NCBI GenBank assembly: GCA_010093705.1
Contig: MU006124.1
Span: forward strand, 1 to 64,000
Direction of reading: 5' to 3'
DNA length: 64,000 bases
Source of the DNA: Patellaria atrata CBS 101060
Lineage: Eukaryota
Shown here: one piece after another, positions 52,235 through 64,000 of the stretch
Layout of the letters: each line of letters starts with the position of its first letter
Numbering within the stretch: the first letter of the stretch is position 1
Notes under the pieces: model-generated
Told to the model about the DNA's origin: nothing
Seen by the model: only the letters and a program-made list of their open reading frames with translations
Database searches by the model: none
Made by a program: the position numbers and the translations under genes

Positions 52235-55200
52235 TATAATAATATATTATAATATTAATCTTATATTTTCTATATTAAATATTTAATTTATTTATAAAAA
52301 ATCTTTATTAAATTAAATATAGAAAAGATCTTTAAATATTAATTAATTAAATAAAAGATAATTAAATTAAAATTTAATAAAATAAGATTATTATATATAA
52401 ATATTTAATTTATAATATTATTATTTTTTAATTTAATCTTTATATTTAATAATTAATAATAAAGATAATTAAAATATAATTACTATAATTATATTATATT
52501 ATTATACTAGATTAAATTCTCCTTTAATAATTTTTAAAAAGACGATATAATATTCTAATTAAAGTATAATATTAATTTAATTAATAAATTATTATTAGAT
52601 TAATCGGGAATTTATAAATAATTAAGTTTTATTAATAATAAAATATTTAATATTTAAAAGTATTAATATTAATAATAATAATAATCTAATATTTAAAAGA
52701 GATTAGAACTAATAAATATAAATTATTTAAAGAAATAAATATTATAATAAACTAAATAAGATAATTAAATTTTTAGTAATTTTAATAAAATAGATAAATA
52801 ATAAATTAATTATAAATTTAGAAATAGAGAATAATATTAAATTAAAAGAAAAAGGAAAAATATATTAATATAAATTAATATTAGAAATAGTCGATTAGTA
52901 AATTATTAATAATATTTTAGAAATAAATTTATAGAATCTATTAAAAGAAATTTCTAGAATAATAGAAAAAGGAAAATCTTTTAAATATATTATTATTATA
53001 GATAATTAAAACGTTAATATAATTAATAAAGTAAAGAAATAAATAATTAAAAGTCTAAATTAATTTATAATAAAATATCTTTATATAAAAATAAAATTTA
53101 TAGTTTAAAAGATATAATTTAGAAAGATAATAAACTTTATTAATAAAATAATATTTAATTTATAGTTAAAGCTATAAATATATTAAATAAATAAAAAAGC
53201 TATAAAATATCTTTAAAATAAGATTAATAATTTAAAAAAATAGACTAAATAATTTAAATTAAATTAAAAAAGTATTTAATTTAATAATAAATTTAATAAT
53301 AAAGAATTATTAATATTATATAATTATAATAATTAAGTTAAAATAGTTAACTTAATTAGAAACTTTAGAAATAAAAATAATAATAAAATAAAGAAGTTTC
53401 TTAATCTATTAAAATTAATTAATAATAAGAAGTTAATTTATAAAAAATAAAAGAGTAAAATAAATAATAAACTTTATATTAATAATAATTAGTTTTAAAA
53501 TAAAAGGATAAAGACTATTTATATTAAAATATAAATTAATAATAAAATAATTAAATATATATACTTTTTCTTAAAATTAAAAAAGGATAATATAATTTTA
53601 ATAAAGTTAATAAAATTTCTAAACTAAATTTATAAGAATCTAAATAGATAATTAAAAGTTAAAGATAAATTAAAGAAGTTAAAATAAGATTATTTAATAA
53701 ATTTTCTAAAATTCTAATTTATATTTATTTAGTTAGCTAATAAAGTTAGATTATTATATAATTAATAGAAATAGAAACTTTATAATAAACTTTATAATAA
53801 TTTAAGATTAATAATAGTAAAAGCTATAAATAACGACGAAATTAGCTTCTAGAAATATTATAATAAAGTTATAATATAAATATAAGAGTTAAAAAGATTA
53901 AATAAAATTAATAAAATCTATAAAAAAAATTAAAAATATATTAAATTAACTAAAATAACTTCTATTTTAATAATAATAAATAGAATTTTATATTAATTAA
54001 AGAATAAAAGAATTATTTTATTTATAATATTATAAATAATAAAGTAGATTATAATTATTTAAAAGTTTATAAATAACTACTTTAATTATAATAAAATTAG
54101 ATATAAAGTATTAAAATATTAAGAATTAAAGAAAATAATTAAAGTAAAGTTAATTTAAAAAGATAAATATTAGAGCTTAAAATCTAATTTAAAATTAAAT
54201 TCGAAAAACGAGAAACTTTAAATAAAGACTTTATATTAAAATTAATAATAGAAGTATTAATAATATTAATTAATAATTTAATATTAGAAAAGCTATTTAT
54301 AATATTATATTAAATCTTAAAAAATAGAATTATAATATAATTTAAAGCTTTAATTAATATTAAAATTTAAGAATATATTCTATTAAATAAAAAATAATTA
54401 CCCGCTCTAAAATAATATCTTAAAATTAAAGTTAAAAAGATAAATTAAAAGATTAAAGTTAATATTTTTAATAATTTAAAGATAATATTAATTAACTAAA
54501 TATTTAAGATAAGCCTCGTAATTAAAAGATAAAAGTGGTTAATATTAATTATAATAATAAATATAAGTTATAATAATATATTTATAAATAAGAAATAGTT
54601 TTTTAAAATTAATAATTTATTTAATTATAAATATTATCGAATTATTTAACTAAAATAAACTATTATAGTTAAAGATTAATAATAAGATATTATAATTTTA
54701 AAGAGTAAGTTATAAATTTAAATTAATCTATAATATTAATTTAATATAAAATAATAAGATAAAATTATTAATAAATAAAAATATAATTAATAGAAAGTAT
54801 TAATTAACTAAAGAAAAAAATTATAATTATTTTAATAAAAGTAATTAAGTTTATAAACTAAAAATATTAACTTTAATCTTTAAAAGATAAAATTAGAATT
54901 ATTAAATCTAATAAAGAAAAAAACGCTAAAACTCTTTAAAAAATTAAAATTAAAATTAAGTAAATAGATTAATATTACTAAAATCTATATAAATATTTAT
55001 TTAATTAGCGGAGAAAACTATCTAAAAAATATAAAATATAAAGATATTATTATAAATATTATAAGTTTATATAAAATTAACTCTTTAATATAAGTTTAAC
55101 TTTTAAAAGATAAAAACTCTTTAAATAAAGATAAAAATATTTATAAAACGATAATTTATAAAAAGTTACTTAAGAAATATTATTATTTAATCTATATATT

Positions 55201-58200
55201 CTTAAAATCTATATTCGATAAATTATTACCGTTTAAAGAAAGTATAGACTATAATATAATATTAAACTAAAATAGTAATCTTATTATTAACTTTTTATAT
55301 AATATATTTATCGAATATTTATAGCTAATAAAGAATTATTTAAAAAAATATCTTTAAAAGAGATTTATTACTCTAAATAAAGTATTATATATATCTTTAA
55401 TATTATTATTAAAAAGTTAAGAGGAAATTAAAGATTCTATATTAATTATAAAAAGTTAAATAGTATTATTAAAAAAAATAAGTATCTATTATCTTTAATT
55501 AAAGAAATATTAACGCGTCTCTAATAAATAAAGATATTTATAAAACTTAATATAAAATAAGTATTTTATTAAATTTAAATAAAGAAATTAACTAAAAATC
55601 TTATTATCTTTTAAATAAAATATAAATTATTTAAATATAAAATATTATTCTTTAAATTATATAATAGTTTAATCTTATTTTAATAATTTATTAATAAGAT
55701 ATTTTTCTAATATCTAAATAACTTTTATATAATATATATTAATAATATATTAATCTATTTTAAGTATCTATTAAAGCACTAAACTTATATCGCGAAAATA
55801 TTAGAAATATTAATTAAAGCCGACCTATAAACTAATATTAAGAAAAGTAAGTTTTATATAATAAAGATAAAATTTCTTAGCTTTATTATTAATATTAACG
55901 AAATAATAATAAATTTAAAAAAGACTAAAATAGTCTAAAATTAAAAGTTATTAATAAATATAAAAAGAATCTTATTATTTAATAAATTCTATAACTTCTA
56001 TTAAAAGTTTTTAAAGAAATTTAGATAAATTATATAACTATTAATAATATAAATATAAAAAGGAATTTAGAAACTATTTAAATAGAAAAAAGAAAAGATA
56101 TTTAAGAAAATAAAAAAGCTAATTCTATTAAATTAAATATTAATATATTATAATTTTTTACTTAAAATAAAAGTTAAGTTTAATTATAATAATAAAATTA
56201 TTATAATAGTTATATTATAATTTTATAAATATATTTAAAAGTTAATTATCTTCTAGATTAAAATATTATTAGAGATAAAATTAAAATATAAAATTTATAA
56301 TAAGAAAATATTAACTATAATAAGAATATTAATTAAATAGAAAAATATATTAATAAAGTTATAATAAGTTCCTTTTATTATAATTATTAATTATAAAGTA
56401 CTAAAATATTTCACTATAAAATAGTTACTTAATATTAGATAAATTTAATAAAATAAAGCTTTCTTTAATTTTTATTTCTAAATTATATATTAGTTTAAAG
56501 TTTAAAATATTATAATAAACATGTTTTTCTATAGATAAAAAGACTTAAAAATAATAAAAGATAAAAATATTATAGTATAAACTTAAATATTAATTAACTT
56601 AAATATAATAATAATATTTTTTTAACTTTTAATAAAATAATAATTATTATTTAAGAAAATATTTTAAAGTAGTAAAAAATATATAATTTTTAAAAAGAAA
56701 ATAATAAAAAAGTACGTTTTAAAGTTAAAATTTAGAATCTAGATAATAATAATTAAAATAATAATAATTAAACTTTTATAAAGAATAAAAGAAGCTAAAA
56801 TTTAGGACTAAAAATCTATAATAACTAAAATTTTAAAAGAAAGAAATAATATATTAAAGAAATATATTAACTTTAATTTTAAATTAAAATCTATATCTAT
56901 TTACTCTATAATTTTCATTATAACTAAAAAAGAAAAGAAAGTTAAATATAAAATAAAAAAAAGAAAAGATATATCTATAAATTTAAAATAATATATTTAA
57001 AATAAACTTAATCGAAAATAAAAGCTATTAATAATATATTTACTAATAGATTAAATATTAGAAGTAAATTAGAAGTATAACTCTCTATTAATATATTAAA
57101 AATAAGTTAAAATTAAAGAGAAGTATTAAAAATTATAGAATAATTTATTTATTAAATTTAATAAATTTATAGTTTTAAATATAAATAATTTTAAAATATA
57201 TTTAATATAAGATATATATAATATATTAATTATAGAATATTTAGAAATTAAGAAGATAAAAGAATTAATTTAAATATAATATTATTAGCTTAAATTAATA
57301 ATTAATATAAATAGATATATTTAAAACTATTATATTTATTATTAAATATATATATTAAGAGATAAAATTCCCGGTTTATTAAAATTACTACTAATTAAAG
57401 ATAAATATTAGTAATATATTATCTTTAACTTTAAATTATTTTTTAAGAATACGTATAAATTCGAAATAATATTTATAGTAATAGATTAACTAGAAAAAAG
57501 AGCGATTTTATTTCTTTATATTAAAGATATTTTAATTAAAATAACCGTAAAGTTATACTATAAATATATATAATAAATATATAGTATATTAAAGATAATA
57601 ATATTAGATTATAATCTATAATTTATATTTATATTTATAGATAAGCTTTATAAATTAACGAAAATAAAATAAAAGCTATCTATAATTTATTATTTATAGA
57701 TAAATAAAAGTATAAAAATTATTAATTAATATATAAATTTATAGTTTTAGCTCTTTATAAATTATTATTAAAGTAATTAATTAAAACTATTATTTATAAT
57801 AGATTTTATTTAAACTATATTAATTTATAAATTAATAGGTATTTTCTTTTATAAATTAAAATTTAATTATTAACTATAAATATATTTCGATTAATAAAAA
57901 TAGATAAATTTTAATATATATAAAATTATTTAAGAAAAAATAAATAGAGAGAAAGTTTAATTATTTATAAAATATATCTACGACGTTATTAAATAAATAA
58001 GAAATAATCTAGAAAAGATATAAATAATATAGATAAAATTAGCTAATAAATATTAAAGAGAATTAAACTTTAAATTAAAAGATTATATTTTTATCTTATA
58101 TAAAGATTAAATATTAAATAGATTAAATATTAAATTAGACTATTAAAATATAGATTTATATAAAATAATAGAAATAAAGAAATACTTTTATATAATTAAT

Positions 58201-58967
58201 TTATCTATTAATATAAAGATATTAAATATATTTTATATAGATAAATTTTATAAAATATCGATAGATCTATTATTTAGATAATAGTTAAAATTATCACCGC
58301 CGATTAAAATAGACGATAAGCTTAAATATAAAGTAAATAAGATTTTAATAAATTATATCTCTCGCGGTAAATTATAATATAAAGTAAATTAGATCGAATA
58401 TAATTTTAATAAGATATAATATCTAGCTTATAACTTTATTAAAATATTATATAAACTTAAAGAATTTTATAATTAAAGATTAATTAATATTAAATCACTA
58501 ATTTAACTTAAAAAATAGCTTTAAACCTTTAAATTTAAGATAAAAGTAAAGCTATATAATAATAATAATATAATTAAAAAGAAAGAATTTATATAGATTT
58601 TAAGATATTATAAATAGATAATAAATTATATTATAAAATATTATTAATATTATTATAGAAATTAGAGCTAATTTTTACTATTAAAGAGAGGATAATATAA
58701 TAATATATTATAATATTAATTCTATATTTTCTATATTAAATATTTAGTTTATTTATAAGAGATTTTTATAAAGTTAAATATAGAAAAAATCTCTAAATAT
58801 TAATTAGTTAAATAGAAAATAATTAGATTAAAACTTAATAAGATAAAATTATTATATATAAATATTAAATTTATAATTTTATTATTTCTTAATTTAATCT
58901 CTATATTTAATAGTTAATAATAAAGATAATTAAAATATAATTATTATAGCTATACTATATTATTATA
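52235..58967 (+). mobile_element. Full-length family-B element B3 nested in B2
   Basis: 272-bp LTRs 52235-52506 and 58696-58967. TSD ACGAG/ATAAG (RIP-compatible). PPT AAAGAGAGGATAA. Confidence 0.9.
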
Positions 58968-61208
58968 ATAAGGTATTATATACGTTTTTAATATTATTTA
59001 TTAAGAAGTTAAAAGAAGGTTAAAGATTTTATATTAATTATAGAAAGTTAAATAATATTATTAAGAAAGATAAATATTTATTATCTTTAATTAAAGAAAT
59101 ATTAACACGTCTTTAATAAGTAAAGATATTTATAAAACTTAATATAAAATAAATATTCTATTAAATCTAGATAAAGAAATTAACTAAAAATTTTATTATC
59201 TTTTAAATAAAATATAAATTATTTAAATATAAGATATTATTCTTTAAATTATATAATAATTTAATCTTATTTTAATAATTTATTAATAAAATATTTTTCT
59301 AATATTTAAATAACTTTTATATAATATATATTAATAATATATTAATTTATTTTAAATATCTATTAAAGTATTAAACTTATATTTTAAAAGTATTAAAAAT
59401 ATTAATTAAAATTAATCTATAAGCTAATATTAAGAAAAGTAAATTCTATATAATAAAGATAAAGTTTCTTAGCTTTATTATTAATATTAATAAAATAGCG
59501 ATAAATTTAGAAAAAACTAAAATAATTTAAAACTAAAAATTATTAATAAATATAAAGGGAATTTTATTATTTAATAAATTCTATAATTTTTATTAAAAGT
59601 TTCTAGAGAAATTTAGACGAGTTATATAATTATTAATAATATAAATATAAAAAGAGATTTAGAAACTATTTAAATAAAAAGAAAAAAAAATATTTAAAAA
59701 AAATAAAAAAGCTAATTCTATTAAATTAAATATTAATATATTATAACTTTTTATTTAAAATAAAAGTTAAATTTAATTATAATAATAAGATTACTATAAT
59801 AATTATATTATAGCTTTATAAATATATTTAAAAGTTAATTACCTTCTAGATTAAAATATTATTAAAGATAAAATTAAAGTATAAAATTTATAATAAGAAA
59901 ATATTAGCTATAATAAAAGTATTAACTAAATAGAGAAATATATTAATAAAGTTATAATAAGTTCCTTTTATTATAATTATTAATTATAAAGTATTAAAAT
60001 ATTTTATCGCGAAATAATTATTTAATATTAGATAAACTCGATAAAATAAAACTCTCTTTAATTTCTATTTTCGAATTATATATTAGCCCGGAACTTAAAA
60101 TATTATAATAGATATATTTTTCTATAAATAAAAAGATTTAAAGATAATAAAAGATAAAAATATTATAATATAAATTTAAATATTAATTAACTTAAATATA
60201 ATAATAATATTTTTTTAACTTTTAATAAAATAATAATTATTATTTAAAAAGATATTTTAAAGTAATAAGAAATATATAATCTTTAAAAAGAAAATAGTAA
60301 AAAAGTATACTTTAAAATTAAGACTTAAAGTTTAAATAATAATAATTAAGATAATAATAATTAAGTCTTTATAAAGAATAGAGAAAGTTAAAACTTAAAA
60401 TTAAAAGTTTATAATAATTAAAATTTTAAAAGAAAGAAATAATATATTAAAGAAATATATTAATCTCGATTTTAGATTAAGATTTATATTTATCTACTTT
60501 ATAATTTTTATTATAACTAAAAAAGAAAAGGAAGTTAAATATAAAATAAAAGAAAAGAAAGATATATTTATAAATTTAAAATAATATATTTAAAATAAAC
60601 TTAATTAAAAATAAAAGTTATTAGTAATATATTTATTAATAAATTAAATATTAAAAGTAAATTAGAAATATAACTTTTTATTAATATATTAAAAGTAAAT
60701 TAAAGTTAAAAAGAGATATTAAAAATTATAAAATAATTTATTTATTAAATTTAATAAATTTATAGTTTTAAATATAAATAATTTTAGAATATATTTAATA
60801 TAAGATATATATAATATATTAATTATAAAATATCTAGAAATTAAGAAAATAAAAGAATTAATTTAAATATAATATTATTAACTTAAATTAATAGTTAATA
60901 TAAATAGATATATTTAAAACTATTATATTTATTATTAAATATATATATTAAAAGATAAAATCTTTAGTTTATTAAAATTATTATTAATTAAAGATAAATA
61001 TTAATAATATAATATTTTTAACTTTAAATTATTCTTTAAAAATATATATAGATTTAAAATAATATTTATAATAGTAAATTAACTAGAAAAAAGAGTAATC
61101 TTATTTCTTTATATTAAAAATATCTCGATTAAGATAGTTATAAAGCTATACTATAAATATATATAATAGATATATAATATATTAAAGATAATAATATTAG
61201 ATTATAAT

Positions 61209-64000
61209 TATAATAATATATTATAATATTAATTCTATATTTTCTATATTAAATATTTAGTTTATTAATAAAAGATTTTTATTAAATTAAATATAAAAAA
61301 AATCTTTAAACGTTAATTAATTAAATAAAAGATAATTAAATTAAAATTTAATAAAATAGAATTATTATATATAAATATTTAATTTATAATATTATTATTT
61401 CTTAACTTAGTCTCTATACTTAGTAATTAGTAATAAAGATAATTAAAATATAATTATTATAATTATATTATATTATTATACTAAATTAAGTTCTTCTTTA
61501 ATAATCTTTAAAAAGATAATATAATATTTTAACTAAAACACGATATTAGTCTAGCTAATAAATAATTATTAAATTAATTAGAAATTTATAAGTAACTAAA
61601 CTTTATTAATAATAAAATATTTAATACTTAAAAGTATTAACGCTAATAATAATAATAATCTAATATTTAAAAAAGATTATAATTAATAAATATAAATTAT
61701 TTAAAAAAGTAAATATTATAATAAATTAAATAAAATAGTTAAATCTTTAATAATTTTAATAAAATAGATAAATAATAAATTAATTATAAATTTAGAAATA
61801 GAGAATAGCACTAAATTAAAAGAAAAAGAAAAAATATATTAATATAAATTAATATTAAAAGTAATCGATTAATAGATTATTAATAATATTTTAGAAACGA
61901 ATCTATAGAATTTACTAAAAAAAATTCCCGAAATAATAGAAGAAAAAAAGTCTTTTAAATATATCGCTATTATAAATAATTAAAACGCTAATATAATCGA
62001 TAAAATAAAAAAATAAATAATTAAAAGTCTAAACTAATTTATAATAAAGTATTTTTATATAAAAGTAAAATTTTTAGTTTAAAAAATATAATTTAAAAAA
62101 ATAATAAATATTATTAATAAGATAATATCTAATTTATAGCTAAAACTATAAATATATTAAATAAATAAAGAAACTATAAAATATCTTTAAAATAAAATTA
62201 ATAATTTAAAGAAATAAATTAAATAATCTAAATTAAACTAAAAAAGCGTCTAATTTAATAATAAATTTAATAATAAAAAACTATTAATATTATATAATTA
62301 TAATAATTAAATTAAAATAGTCGATTTAATTAAAAACTTTAAAAGTAAAGATAATAATAAGATAAAGAAGTTCTTTAATTTATTAAAATTAATTAATAAT
62401 AAGAAATTAATTTATAAAATATAAAAGAATAAAATAAATAATAAACTTTATATTAATAATAATTAATTTTAAAATAAAAAAGTGAAGACTATCTATATTA
62501 AAATATAAATTAATAACGAGATAGCTAAATATATATACTTTTTCTTAAAATTAAAGAAGAACGATATAATCTTAATAAGATTAATAAAATTTCTAGATTA
62601 AATTTATAAGAATTTAAATAGATAATTAAAAGTTAAAGATAAATTAAAGAAATTAAAATAAAATTATTTAATAAACTTTTTAAAGTTTTAGTCTATATTT
62701 ATCTAACTAATTAATAAAGTTAAATTATCACGTGATTAATAGAAAAAGGAACTTTATAATAAACTTTATAATAGTCTAAAACTAATAATAATAGAAGTTA
62801 TAAATAATAATAAAATTAACTTTTAAGGAATTATAATAAAGCTATAATATAAATATAAGAGTTAAAAAGATTAAATAAAGTTAATAAAGTTTATAAAAAA
62901 AGTTAAAAATATAATAAATTAACTAAAATAATTTCTATCTTAATAATAATAAATAGAACTTTATATTAATTAAAAAGTAAAGAAATTATCTTATCTATAA
63001 TATTATAAATAATAAAGTAAACTATAATTATTTAAAAGTTTATAAGTAACTACTTTAATTATAATAAGATTAGATATAAAGTATTAAAATATTAAAGATT
63101 AAAGAAGATAATTAAAGTAAAGTTAATCTAGAAAAATAAGTATTAAAGTTTAAAGTTTAATTTAAGATTAAATTCGAAAAATAAGAAATTCTAAATAAAG
63201 ATTTTATATTAAAATTAATAATAAAAGTATTAATAATATTAATTAATAATCTAATATTAAAAAAACTATTCACGATATTATATTAAATTTTAAAAAATAG
63301 AATTATAATATAATTTAAGACTTTAATTAATATTAAAGCTTAAAGATATACTTTATTAAATAAGAAATAACTATTTACTCTAAAATAATATCTTAAAATT
63401 AAAGTTAAAAAGATAGACTAGAAGATTAAAATTAATATTTTTAATAATTTAAAAGTAATATTAATTAATTAAATACTTAAGATAAATTTTATAATTAAAG
63501 AATAAAGATAACTAATATCGATTATAAGAATAGATATAAACTATAATAATATATTTATAAGTAAAAAATAATTTTTTAAGACTAATAATTTACTTAATTA
63601 TAAATATTATTAAATTATTTAGCTAAAATAGACTATTATAGTTAAAAACTAATAATAAAATATTATAATTTTAAAGAGTAAGTTATAAATTTAAACTAAT
63701 TTATAGTATTAATTTAATATAAAATAATAAGATAAAGCTATTAATAAATAAGAATATAATTAATAGAAAATATTAATTAATTAAAGAAAGAAACTATAAT
63801 TATTTTAATAGAAATAATTAAGTTTATAAATTAAGAATATTAATTTTAATCTCTAAAAAATAAAATTAAAACTATCGAATTTAATAAAAAAAAAGACGCC
63901 GAAACTCTTTAAAAAGTTAAAGTTAAAGTTAAGTAAATAGATTAATATTACTAAGATTTATATAAATATTTATTTAATTAATAGAGAAAATTACCTAAAA
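61209..64000 (+). mobile_element. Family-B element B4 nested in the B2 integrase region (truncated by window end)
   Basis: 5' LTR 61209-61480 followed by B internal sequence. Confidence 0.85.

Larger units (their letters stand above)
41483..61208 (+). mobile_element. Family-B element B2, host of four nested insertions; 3' end lies beyond the window
   Basis: 5' LTR 41483-41754. Internal sequence is collinear with B1/B3 across pieces 41755-42663, 42936-44159, 51483-52234 and 58968-61208. Confidence 0.85.

Overview
Fungal (filamentous ascomycete-type) DNA. Two long AT-rich blocks (1-~14.9 kb and ~31-64 kb) consist of nested LTR retrotransposons and DNA-transposon relics degraded by RIP-type C>T/G>A mutation. 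They enclose a ~14 kb gene island (16.7-30.6 kb). I assembled seven spliced genes in the island by hand: two BBE-type FAD oxidoreductases, a PTH11-like/rhodopsin-domain membrane protein, a UbiA prenyltransferase, an SDR, a VirC/FogC-like cupin, and a cytochrome P450 destroyed by two solo LTRs plus frameshifts. This resembles the tailoring set of an alkyl-salicylaldehyde polyketide cluster, but with a UbiA-type prenyltransferase and no PKS in the window. The two copies of chromovirus family A each carry a RIP-masked antisense ORF (~200 codons) with exact Zn(II)2Cys6 spacing plus a coiled coil. Their Gag is extended by five His/Cys finger-like repeats. All family assignments come from motif recognition, not database searches.
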